Made by a program: the position numbers and the translations under genes
Assembly: GCA_046160485.1 (NCBI GenBank)
Contig: JBJXGV010000010.1
Coordinates: 5,644-69,643 of the forward strand
Reading direction: 5' to 3'
Origin: a bacterium
Lineage (GTDB): Bacteria; Orphanbacterota; Orphanbacteria; JBJXGV01
Length of the DNA: 64,000 nucleotides
Shown: piece after piece, positions 44,872 through 53,634 of the stretch
Layout of the letters: each line of letters begins with the position of its first letter
Position numbering within the stretch: position 1 is the stretch's first letter
Notes under the pieces: generated by a model
What the model was told of the DNA's origin: nothing
What the model saw: only the letters and a program-made list of their open reading frames with translations
Databases searched by the model: none

Positions 44872-47481
44872 ATGAACACTCTCCACACGATCCGAGTCGG
44901 CTCGACAGACGCGCTGACACACGTTCCGAGTCATTGCGTCATCGCGACGGCGCGCGCAATGCTCGTCGCCCTCGCCGCCGCCGCGGCGATCCTCGCCTTC
45001 GCGCACGCGGCGTTCGCGGATTCCGATCGCATTCCAGAACTCGTCCCGTACCGCAGCGCTACCGACATTCTCGCGGCAACGCCGTCCACCGACGACGGCG
45101 CGATCGGTGCGCTCTTCAATCCCGCGCAGTGGGGCGTCCTAGAAAAACCCGAGGCTGCGTTCTGGTGGTCCGATCGCAACGTTCGGCCGAACGGCCTCGA
45201 TAGCTGGGGATTCTCCGCGGGCAAGGGCGCCGGTTTCTCGGTGCGCCGCACCGACGCGCGCACGACGATCGGTCTGCGCAGCGTCACCGACTATCAATTC
45301 GGCATCGGCGGCGGCGGGCGCGGCGATCACTTCGCCGGCGTCGCGTACGGCTGGTCGTCCGGCGATCAAGACCTCTTCGATCGCAAGAGCTTCATCTCGC
45401 TCGGATCGATTCATCGCCCGTCGCGCTGGGCCTCGATCGGCTCGACGGCGCGCTTCGCGCTCGGCGACGACGACATTGACGGCTCCATCGACGCGGGCAT
45501 TCGACCGTTCGGCACGCCGCACCTCACGCTCTTCGCCGACTACGCGATGGCGCGCGGCGACCGCTGGGACGACGGCTCGCTCGCGGGCGGCGTCGCGATC
45601 CAACCGATTCCCGGCCTCGCCGCCGCGATCAAGTTCGACGACTACGAGAACGTTCATCTCGCGCTCGGCGTCACGATCAATCGCGAAGGCTTCCAAGCGA
45701 TTCCGCACTACGATAAGGACGGCGACCTCGCGTCGACGAACTACATCGTGCGCGCGAACCCGCCGGTGCGCGGCGCGGACCTCGACGGCGTCATCTCGAA
45801 GAGCCGCCGCGTCGCGACGCTCGACATGAAGGGAAACATCGTCTACCAGAAGTACCGCTTCGGCGACGACTCATCGATCGCGTTGCGCGGCGTGACGCGC
45901 GCGCTGCAGTTCGCGATCGACGACCCGACCGTCGGCGGAGTCGCGCTCAATCTCTCCGGACTCAACGCGAACGTCGAGGCGGCGTGGGAGATTCGCGAGA
46001 AACTCCTTCGCGTCAAAGCCGCGGGGAAACGCGTCCTCATCTACGGCGACGACTTCGGCATGACGCAGTACTACCTCGCGTCCGTCGCTGATGAGATCGT
46101 CGTCGATCCGCAGGGCGGGCTTCTGATTCCGGGCCTCCAACTTTCGCGCACGTACTACAAGGACGCGCTCGCGAAACTCGGCATCGCATTCGACGAGTGG
46201 CGCTTCTTCGAGTTCAAATCGGCGATGGAATCGTTCTCGCGCACGAACATGTCCGACGCCGACCGGCTGCAGCGTCAAGCGATCGTCGACGAGTCGTACG
46301 CGGAAATGGCGAACGGTATCGTGGCGACGCGCCGCGTGACGCGGACCGAACTCGACCGCATCGTCGACGAGGAGCCGGTGCTCTTCGCGAAGCGTCTCGT
46401 CGAACTCGGGCTCGCCGATCGCATCGGCCACTGGGAAGACGTCGATGACATCGCCGACACGCTCACCTCACGCGACGTGCACCTGGCGAGCGCCGGAAAA
46501 CTCCGCAACATGCGCTGGCAGCCGAACGAAGAGTGGGGCGCGCCGCCGACCATCGCGCTCGTCTACGCCGTCGGCCCGTGCGCGATGGACGAGGGCATCA
46601 ATGGCCGCGCGACCTCGAAGGCGATGAAGGCATTCCGCGAGCGGAAGGATGTCGCGGCCGTCGTGCTGCGCGCCGACTCCCCCGGCGGCTCGCCGCTCCC
46701 CTCCGATCTCATCGCCAACGAAATGCTAAAGCTGCGCGAAGCGAAGAAACCGATTCTCGTCAGCCAGGGCCGCGTTGCCGCAAGCGGCGGCTACTGGATC
46801 AGCATGAACGCTGACGCGATCGCCACCTCGCCGTTTTGCATCACCGGCTCAATCGGCGTGATCGCCGGCTGGTTCTGGAACGACGGCTTCGGCGCGAAGG
46901 TCGGCCTCACATCGGACCGCGTGCAGGCGGGCCACAGCGCCGATCTTCTCGGCGGACTCCGCCTCCCGCTGCTCGGCGCGACGATCCCCGAGCGAAACCT
47001 CGACGACGGCGAGCGCGCCTACATGCAGAAGTCGATTCTCGCGCTCTACGACGATTTCACGAACGCCGTCGCGGAAGCGCGGAAGCTCGACAACGACTAC
47101 GTGCGGCAGATCGCCGAGGGCCGCGTCTACATGGGTCGCACCGCGATCGAGAAGAAGATCGTCGATCGCATCGCGACGCTCGACGAAACAATCGATGCGG
47201 CGCAGGAAGCGGCGGGAATCGCGCGCGGCCGTCGCGTGCGCGTCGTCGAATACCCGGAGCCGGGCTTCTTCCGCTTCCCGACGAGCGGGCTGCCGATCGG
47301 GCTTGCCGCGCGCGCGCTTGCAGCCATCGGCGTCGACTCCGCGATCGCGCCCGCGCTCACCGCGCCGCGCGCGCTCAGCCACGAAGAAACGGCGCTCGAC
47401 GCAATTCTCCGCGCTCCCGGCCAGCCGCTCACGCTCACGCCGACCGGCTATTTCCCCGACGAGCCGGCGCCAACGCGCTAA
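44872..47481 (+). CDS. sppA: Signal peptide peptidase SppA (S49) with N-terminal beta-rich domain
   Basis: 'YYLASVAD', 'EFKSA', 'LRADSPGGS', 'AASGGYWIS', 'ITGSIGV', 'IAEGRVY'. Confidence 0.85.
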   Translation: MNTLHTIRVGSTDALTHVPSHCVIATARAMLVALAAAAAILAFAHAAFADSDRIPELVPYRSATDILAATPSTDDGAIGALFNPAQWGVLEKPEAAFWWSDRNVRPNGLDSWGFSAGKGAGFSVRRTDARTTIGLRSVTDYQFGIGGGGRGDHFAGVAYGWSSGDQDLFDRKSFISLGSIHRPSRWASIGSTARFALGDDDIDGSIDAGIRPFGTPHLTLFADYAMARGDRWDDGSLAGGVAIQPIPGLAAAIKFDDYENVHLALGVTINREGFQAIPHYDKDGDLASTNYIVRANPPVRGADLDGVISKSRRVATLDMKGNIVYQKYRFGDDSSIALRGVTRALQFAIDDPTVGGVALNLSGLNANVEAAWEIREKLLRVKAAGKRVLIYGDDFGMTQYYLASVADEIVVDPQGGLLIPGLQLSRTYYKDALAKLGIAFDEWRFFEFKSAMESFSRTNMSDADRLQRQAIVDESYAEMANGIVATRRVTRTELDRIVDEEPVLFAKRLVELGLADRIGHWEDVDDIADTLTSRDVHLASAGKLRNMRWQPNEEWGAPPTIALVYAVGPCAMDEGINGRATSKAMKAFRERKDVAAVVLRADSPGGSPLPSDLIANEMLKLREAKKPILVSQGRVAASGGYWISMNADAIATSPFCITGSIGVIAGWFWNDGFGAKVGLTSDRVQAGHSADLLGGLRLPLLGATIPERNLDDGERAYMQKSILALYDDFTNAVAEARKLDNDYVRQIAEGRVYMGRTAIEKKIVDRIATLDETIDAAQEAAGIARGRRVRVVEYPEPGFFRFPTSGLPIGLAARALAAIGVDSAIAPALTAPRALSHEETALDAILRAPGQPLTLTPTGYFPDEPAPTR

Positions 47482-47514
47482 CGCACGCGCCGCGTCTGTC
47501 CGGCGCCACATGAC

Positions 47515-47554
47515 GAGGCGAGCGGGTCTGTTTCCCCCGCTCGCCTCTGGTTTT
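47515..47554. terminator. Probable bidirectional terminator between convergent genes
   Basis: GAGGCGAGCGGG...CCCGCTCGCCTC 12-bp stem then TGGTTTT. Confidence 0.7.
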
Positions 47555-47571
47555 CGAGTGCAGTTCGATCG

Positions 47572-48606
47572 TTAGCGGAACATGCCCTTGATCCGACCCC
47601 AACTCTTGTTCTCGACCGCGTTGGGTTCCTCGCACGGATTCGGCGAGCACGCGACGTCGTCGCCCCGATAGATGCCGCCCTGCGCGACGCACTGCTCCTG
47701 GCCGAGCAGGATGCAGTCGTCTCCGAAGCAGCACGCTCCCGTCTCCGGCGGCGGCGCGCACGTGAAGCTCTGACAAGCGATCATCACATTCGAATCGAGC
47801 ACGTGATCGCCCGCGTCGGCGATCGCCAGCTTCATGCGATTGGTGCCAGGCTGGATCTGCGCCGTCGCATAGAAGACCTGAGTAAGTCCATCCATCTCCG
47901 TGTCGATCGTTCCGCCGGCGTCATCGAGGTCGTTGTTGCGGTAGCAATTGCAATTGAGTCCGCCGGGCGGCATATAGGGATCGCCGCAATTGACGTCGTT
48001 GATCGAGACCGGAATGCCGGGGTCGCTGCACGCGGCCGGCACGATCGCGATGTTGCTCCCGTTGAGGAAGAACCCGAACACGTCGTTGAATTCGGAATTG
48101 ACCCACTCGTTGTACTCCTCCGACGCGAAGACGTACTGGAACGAAACGACCGTCGGGTTCTGGCAGGTGAAGTCGAACTCGAGAATCGTTGCGTCGTAGG
48201 TCGTGTAGCCAGGAATCAAACTGTCGAGCTCCGCGTCGCCCGGGTACGCATTGTCGAACGACGTGTTGTCCAACAAGTTGGGCCCGACGACCGTGACGAT
48301 GTTCCCGCTGCTCAGGATGAGTCCTTGATCGAAGCCGATGATGCCCGCCGCACCCATGAAGAGGCCGGCTGCGCCAGGCGCAGCCGTGAGGACCGCGTTG
48401 GAAATCTCCACGTCGGGACCGATGAGACATTGGAGAAGTCCGTTGAGGTCCGTCTCCTGAACTTGGATGCCGGTCATCGCGTCGTGCGGAACGTAGTTGT
48501 TGCGCTCGGCGCCGAGCTGGACGCGCTCGACCGCCGGCGCGAGTGTGGCGGCGGCAAGCATGAGGAAAACGCCTGTCGCGATACGAAGTCCTTTCGCGAT
48601 GGTCAT
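47572..48606 (-). CDS. Choice-of-anchor L domain secreted protein with GACC Cys motif and 'SWGRIKGMFR' tail
   Basis: AGGAGA RBS; 'LEFDF...FQYVFASEEY...FNDVFGFF', 'KLAIADAGD...DS'; 'GACCFGDDC...C...GG...C..NPC'. Confidence 0.8.
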   Translation of the reverse strand: MTIAKGLRIATGVFLMLAAATLAPAVERVQLGAERNNYVPHDAMTGIQVQETDLNGLLQCLIGPDVEISNAVLTAAPGAAGLFMGAAGIIGFDQGLILSSGNIVTVVGPNLLDNTSFDNAYPGDAELDSLIPGYTTYDATILEFDFTCQNPTVVSFQYVFASEEYNEWVNSEFNDVFGFFLNGSNIAIVPAACSDPGIPVSINDVNCGDPYMPPGGLNCNCYRNNDLDDAGGTIDTEMDGLTQVFYATAQIQPGTNRMKLAIADAGDHVLDSNVMIACQSFTCAPPPETGACCFGDDCILLGQEQCVAQGGIYRGDDVACSPNPCEEPNAVENKSWGRIKGMFR

Positions 48607-48887
48607 GTCGAATCTCCTGGGCTCTCGCCGGCGGGTCGTGATGGAGCGTGGCGGGCCGGGCGAAGAGTTCCCGTTCATGTGACGGGCGCACGGATCGAAA
48701 AACCGCCGAGCCGTTCGGCTCCGAAAGCGAGTCAGCGCAAGCCCGGGTGCTGATGTTTCGGTTTGTGTGCGCCGTTGGGAGGGACTCGAAGACTACTCCG
48801 CGTGGGTCGCATGCGCCACTCCCGCGATGGCCTGCGACATCATGTCGCGACGGGCGCCGCGACGCGGCCGCCGGGGACCGACGGCCA

Positions 48888-48992
48888 GCGACGTACGCGT
48901 AGCGCACGTTTACGCCCGCCGCCGCGAGCTTCGCGAGCAGATCGCGAAACTCGCCCGCGCGATTCGAGAGCGCGACCGCGAGCGCCTCTTCG
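48888..48992 (-). pseudogene. 105-bp diverged fragment of the neighbouring ACT-domain gene
   Basis: 97/105 nt identical to 49849-49953 in the same orientation. Confidence 0.9.
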
Positions 48993-49120
48993 TGTCGGCA
49001 CGTGGCGAGGAGGTCCGCGCGCCGCGTTCCGCAATTCCTCGGATGGGCGCCAGGGGCGTGTGCAATACTCCGCCCCGCCCCTCCGCCCGCACATCTCAAC
49101 TCGAACCTGGAGGTCAGATC

Positions 49121-49756
49121 GTGAAGATGCGCCAGTTCGCCGCAGTCATCGTTGTCGGTATTCTCGCGATCGCCTCGATCATCGCGGTGGGATCCGCTGC
49201 CTCGGCACAACCCATGGGTTTGGAATCGACGCGGCCCGTGAGCTTCGGCATCGGCGGTGGTGTCTCCGTTCCGACGAGCGACGCCGGCGAAGCGTTCAAG
49301 AACGGCTGGAACGGGCAGGGCTTCGTGCGCCTCAATCTGAGGTCGCTCCCGTTCTCACCGCGCGCCGACTTCACATTCCAGAAATTCGACTTCGACGATG
49401 TCGTCATCGCCACTCCGGGTCTCCCGGGCCCCGAACTGATCGCCGGCGGCGGGACGGGACAACTCTTCGCGGGAATCGCCGACGTGCAGTATTTTCTGCT
49501 GAACTCGGGATCGATTCGCCCCTACATCGTCGCGGGCGTCGGCGCGTACAACTTCAAGACGGAGAGCGACAGCGTGAACGTCGAGTCGTCGAGCACCACG
49601 GACTTCGGCGTCAACGGCGGCGCGGGGATCATCTTGCGACTCGGCGCGATCAGCGCGTACATCGAGGGCCGCGTCGACAACGTCTACACCGACGCGGGAG
49701 CGATCACTGCGGATCAAATCAAGGTTGTGCCGGTGACGTTCGGCCTCGTGTTCTAG
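49121..49756 (+). CDS. Outer-membrane beta-barrel (OmpA-like 8-strand) protein
   Basis: GGAGG RBS, signal peptide, 'IRPYIVAGVG', 'FGVNGGAG', C-terminal 'TFGLVF'. Confidence 0.8.
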   Translation: MKMRQFAAVIVVGILAIASIIAVGSAASAQPMGLESTRPVSFGIGGGVSVPTSDAGEAFKNGWNGQGFVRLNLRSLPFSPRADFTFQKFDFDDVVIATPGLPGPELIAGGGTGQLFAGIADVQYFLLNSGSIRPYIVAGVGAYNFKTESDSVNVESSSTTDFGVNGGAGIILRLGAISAYIEGRVDNVYTDAGAITADQIKVVPVTFGLVF

Positions 49757-49763
49757 CGACGAG

Positions 49764-50162
49764 TTAGTTCGCTTCGATCGCTTTCAGCGCGCCAGACACG
49801 TCCGACACCGAGAGCACGATCACCGCGCTCTTCGAGCCCTTCTCGCACGCGACGTACGCGTAGCGCACATTCACGCCCGCGGCCGCGAGCTTCGCGAGTA
49901 GGTCGCGGAACTCGCCCGCGCGATTCGAGAGCGTGACCGCCAGCGCCTCTTCGAAGAACGCGGCGTAGTCGCCGCGCTCGATGATGCGCATCGCGGCTTC
50001 AGGATCCTCGGCGAGTACTTTCACGTCGCCGCTCTCGGGCCCCGTGTCGGGCGCGGAGAGCGCGAGGATGTTGACACCCTTGTCAGCGAGAAGGCCGACG
50101 AGGTCGGCGAGCGCGCCCGGATGATTCTCGGTCTTGATCGACAGCACACGAACCTTTGCCAT
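49764..50162 (-). CDS. Tandem ACT-domain protein
   Basis: 'ENHPGALADL...KGVNI' and 'NRAGEF...AGVNVRYAY'; AAGGAG RBS. Confidence 0.85.
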   Translation of the reverse strand: MAKVRVLSIKTENHPGALADLVGLLADKGVNILALSAPDTGPESGDVKVLAEDPEAAMRIIERGDYAAFFEEALAVTLSNRAGEFRDLLAKLAAAGVNVRYAYVACEKGSKSAVIVLSVSDVSGALKAIEAN

Positions 50163-50219
50163 GTCTCTTCGCTCCTTCGTTGCGTGTTCGCCGCGCGGCG
50201 CGTGCCGCGCGCGCTGCGG

Positions 50220-52490
50220 TCAACGCGGAGGCGCCGCCGCTCCCGCGCGCGCCGCGCCGCCATCGGCGCCGGGCGCCATGGTCCGCGGCGCCGCCATCCC
50301 GACGACGTCGGCCGCGAATGCCCACTGATCCGCGCGCTCCTCGATGAACTTCGTTGTCGGCTTCCCGCTGCCGTGCCCCGCCGACGTGTCGATGCGAATG
50401 AGCACCGGCCGATCGGCGCCCTGCGCAGCCTGTAGCGCGGCCGCGTACTTGAACGAGTGCCCCGGCACGACGCGATCGTCGTGATCGCCCGTCGTCACGA
50501 GTGTCGCCGGGTACGCCGCGCCTTTCTTGAGATTGTGGTACGGCGAGTAGGCGTAGAGCGTCTTGAATCCATCGGGTGTTTCGGGCGAACCGTAGTCGGA
50601 TGTCCACGCCCAGCCGATCGTGAACTTCGTGAAGCGCAGCATGTCCATCACGCCGACCGTCGGGAGCGCCGCCGCGAACAGGTCAGGCCGCTGGTTCACC
50701 ACCGCGCCCACGAGCAGCCCACCGTTCGATCGCCCGTGCAACACGAGTTTCTCCTTCGACGTGTAGCCGGAGTCGATCAAGTACTCCGCCGCGGCGATGC
50801 AGTCGTCGAAAACGTTTTGCTTGTCGTGCAGCCTGCCGCCGTCGTGCCACGCCTCGCCGTACTCGCTGCCGCCTCGCAGATTCGCCACGGCGTAGACGCC
50901 GCCCATCTCGAGCCAGACGAGGTGCTCGACGTTGAACGCGGGCGTCATCGCCACGTTGAATCCGCCGTAGCCGAAAAGCATCGTCGGGTTCGATCCGTCG
51001 AGTGGCGCGCCCTTCTTCATCGTGATGAACATCGGCACACGCGTGCCGTCCTTGCTCGAATAGAACACCTGCCGCGTCTCGTAGGCGCTCGCATCGAAAT
51101 CGATCGCCGGCTTGCGGAAGACTTCGCTCGTCCCCGTCGCGAAGTCATAGCGAAATACCGTCGTCGGGTAGAGGTACGACGTGAAGCTGTAGAACGTCTC
51201 CATGTGGCCGCGCTTTCCGGTGAAGCCGCTCGTGGCGCCGAGCGCGGGGAGCGCGATGTCGCGCTCGTGCACGCCCGCCACGCTGAAGATGCTCACCCGG
51301 CTATACGCATCGTGCAGGTAGCGCGCAACGAATCGCTCGCCGACGAGCGAGACGCCTTGAAGCGTGTCGTCGGATTGCGCAATGAGCGTCTTCCAGTTCG
51401 CCGGCGCAGGCGCCGCGATGTCGATCGCGACGAGCCGCCCGCGCGGTGCGTCGCGGTCGGTATGAAAATAAAACGTCGTGCCGTCGTTTCCGACGAAGTT
51501 GTACGACGCGTCCGCCGCGTCGAGCAGCCGATTCACCGGCCCGTTGAGCTTCGGCTCGTCCGCGTCGATGAGATCGACTACGTGAATGCGATTCTTCGTC
51601 TCCGAGCCTTCCGAGATATCGATGACCACGTAGCGCCCGTCGTCCGTCGCGGTCGCGGCCATGCCCCACGAGGGCTGATCAGGCCGCGCGTAGACTTTCA
51701 GATCCGCGGATTGGTCATTGCCGAGGTAGTGGTAGTACACCGTGTGGCCGCGATTCTCGGCCGTCAGTTCGTTTCCCTTCGGCTCGGGATAGCGGCTGTA
51801 GAAGAATCCCTTTTTGTCGTGCGTCCACGCCGCGCCCGAAAACTTGATGTGCCGCAGACGATCGGGCAGGTCGCGGCCCGTCGCCACGTCGCGCACGAAG
51901 AACTCCTGCCAATCGGAACCGGCGACCGCCTTGCCGTACACCGCGAGCGAGACATCCGCCGAAAACTCGAGCGCCGTCAGCGCCGCCGCGCCATCCGCCG
52001 AGAACGTATTGGGGTCGATGAAAACCGACTGCTCGCCCGTCGCCGCGTGTTGCTTGTAGACCACCGCCTGATTCTGAAGACCGTCGTTCTTCTTGTAGAA
52101 GTACCAATCCCCTTTTCGCGTAGGCGTCTCGTAGCGCTCGTAGTTCCAGAGCGCCGTCATGCGCGCGCGAATCGCGTCGCGCTGCGGGATCGCGGCGAGG
52201 TGGGCGAAGGTCACCTCGTTCTGCGCCTTCACCCACGCAGCCGTCTCCGGCGCGTCGGCGTCCTCGAGCCAGCGGTACGGGTCGGCGACCGCGACGCCGT
52301 GATAGTCGTCGACGACGTCGACGATTCGCGAAGCGGGGTAACGCGGCGCGGCGACGACCGTCGCGTCGACCGCCCACGCCGAAGCCGACGCGAAACACCC
52401 CGCGACGGCGAGCGCGAACGCCGCCGCGAAGGCCGGCGCGTTGCGCCTAGAACGAACCAAGCGAGCGAAGTGCTTCGAGCGATTCCGCAT
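50220..52490 (-). CDS. Prolyl oligopeptidase (S9A)
   Basis: 'ADPYRWLED', 'GYGGFN', 'GRSNGG', 'GDHDDRV', 'AGHG'. Confidence 0.95.
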   Translation of the reverse strand: MRNRSKHFARLVRSRRNAPAFAAAFALAVAGCFASASAWAVDATVVAAPRYPASRIVDVVDDYHGVAVADPYRWLEDADAPETAAWVKAQNEVTFAHLAAIPQRDAIRARMTALWNYERYETPTRKGDWYFYKKNDGLQNQAVVYKQHAATGEQSVFIDPNTFSADGAAALTALEFSADVSLAVYGKAVAGSDWQEFFVRDVATGRDLPDRLRHIKFSGAAWTHDKKGFFYSRYPEPKGNELTAENRGHTVYYHYLGNDQSADLKVYARPDQPSWGMAATATDDGRYVVIDISEGSETKNRIHVVDLIDADEPKLNGPVNRLLDAADASYNFVGNDGTTFYFHTDRDAPRGRLVAIDIAAPAPANWKTLIAQSDDTLQGVSLVGERFVARYLHDAYSRVSIFSVAGVHERDIALPALGATSGFTGKRGHMETFYSFTSYLYPTTVFRYDFATGTSEVFRKPAIDFDASAYETRQVFYSSKDGTRVPMFITMKKGAPLDGSNPTMLFGYGGFNVAMTPAFNVEHLVWLEMGGVYAVANLRGGSEYGEAWHDGGRLHDKQNVFDDCIAAAEYLIDSGYTSKEKLVLHGRSNGGLLVGAVVNQRPDLFAAALPTVGVMDMLRFTKFTIGWAWTSDYGSPETPDGFKTLYAYSPYHNLKKGAAYPATLVTTGDHDDRVVPGHSFKYAAALQAAQGADRPVLIRIDTSAGHGSGKPTTKFIEERADQWAFAADVVGMAAPRTMAPGADGGAARAGAAAPPR

Positions 52491-52612
52491 GGGATTCCTC
52501 CCGGGGATTAGACACGAGGGTGCGATGAAGCCAGATGCCGCGATCGACGCGCGAGCCTAGCACGCAGTGTGTGAAGTGTCACGCGCGCGCGGGCTCGTGA
52601 TAGATTTCCCGC

Positions 52613-53491
52613 ATGCTCGAAATCGATTCGTCGCGCGCGCCCGCCAACCTGCTCCTCGGGACGTCGTCGTTCTCGAGCGCGGACTGGCGCGGCGCGTTCT
52701 ATCCCGAGGGCACCAAGCCTGCGGACTTCCTGACGCACTACGCGGCGCAGCTTCGCACGGTCGAGATCGACGCAACGTGGCACGCGATGCCGGCACGCCG
52801 AACATTCGAGGAGTGGGCGCGAAAAACTCCCAACGCGTTCGTCTTCGCGCTGAAGGTCCCCAAGACGATCACGCACGAGAAGTACCTCGAGGGCTGCGAA
52901 GACGAATGGGCGCGTTTCCTCGATGCGAGCGATGCGCTCGGCGCGAAACGCGGGCCGCTCATCTTTCAGTTTCCGTACGTGGCGAAGGGGAAGGACGCGG
53001 AGGAGTACGCGACGGGGCGCGACTTCGTGCGGCGCCTCGAGGCCTTTCTGCCGCTCGTGCCGCGCGAAGTCGCCGCCGCGGTCGAAGTCCGAAACGAAAA
53101 GTGGCTCACTAAGCCTCTTCTTGATTGCTTGCGCGCGCACGCCGTTGCGCTCGTGCTCGTCGACTACTACACGATGCCCGCTCCGGCGCGGCTCTTCGCG
53201 CCATCCGCGCCCGACCCCGTCACCGCGCCGTTCTGCGTCGTGCGGTTTCTCGGCCATCATCGCGACATGGATGCGCTCGTCGCGCGCCTTCGCGCCGAGA
53301 AAGGGAAGACGCGCGAGTGGGACGAACTCGTCGTCGACCGCAGCCGCGAAACGCGCGCGTGGATTCCCGCAATCCAGCGATTGCTCGAACGCAACCTGAA
53401 GGTCTTCGCGTACTTCAACAATCACTACGCCGGCTTCGCGCCCGGATCGATCGACCTCTTCCTGAGGCTCTGGCGCGAAGAAATCCGATAG
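52613..53491 (+). CDS. DUF72 family protein
   Basis: 'GTSSFS...WRGAFYP', 'VEIDATW', 'KVPKTITH', 'VEVRN', 'YFNNHYAG'. Confidence 0.9.
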   Translation: MLEIDSSRAPANLLLGTSSFSSADWRGAFYPEGTKPADFLTHYAAQLRTVEIDATWHAMPARRTFEEWARKTPNAFVFALKVPKTITHEKYLEGCEDEWARFLDASDALGAKRGPLIFQFPYVAKGKDAEEYATGRDFVRRLEAFLPLVPREVAAAVEVRNEKWLTKPLLDCLRAHAVALVLVDYYTMPAPARLFAPSAPDPVTAPFCVVRFLGHHRDMDALVARLRAEKGKTREWDELVVDRSRETRAWIPAIQRLLERNLKVFAYFNNHYAGFAPGSIDLFLRLWREEIR

Positions 53492-53634
53492 ACCGGCCGC
53501 GCGGCTCCATGATGTAATGCGCATCAGGAGGGTTACTCTGCGGAGCGTCCGTTCCCCCGGGCCCGCCGCGACACACACCCACGCACGCCCTTCGCGCCGT
53601 CGCTCACGAACCCCTGCTTTCAAGGAGACCCGCA

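Noticed and set aside
47921-49210. 429-aa minus ORF containing ACT-like peptide
   Set aside because: Only the 35-codon relic is protein-like; the rest overlaps real genes out of frame.
48888-49953. DGR template/variable repeat pair
   Set aside because: Mismatches are not adenine-specific, are mostly synonymous, and no reverse transcriptase is present.
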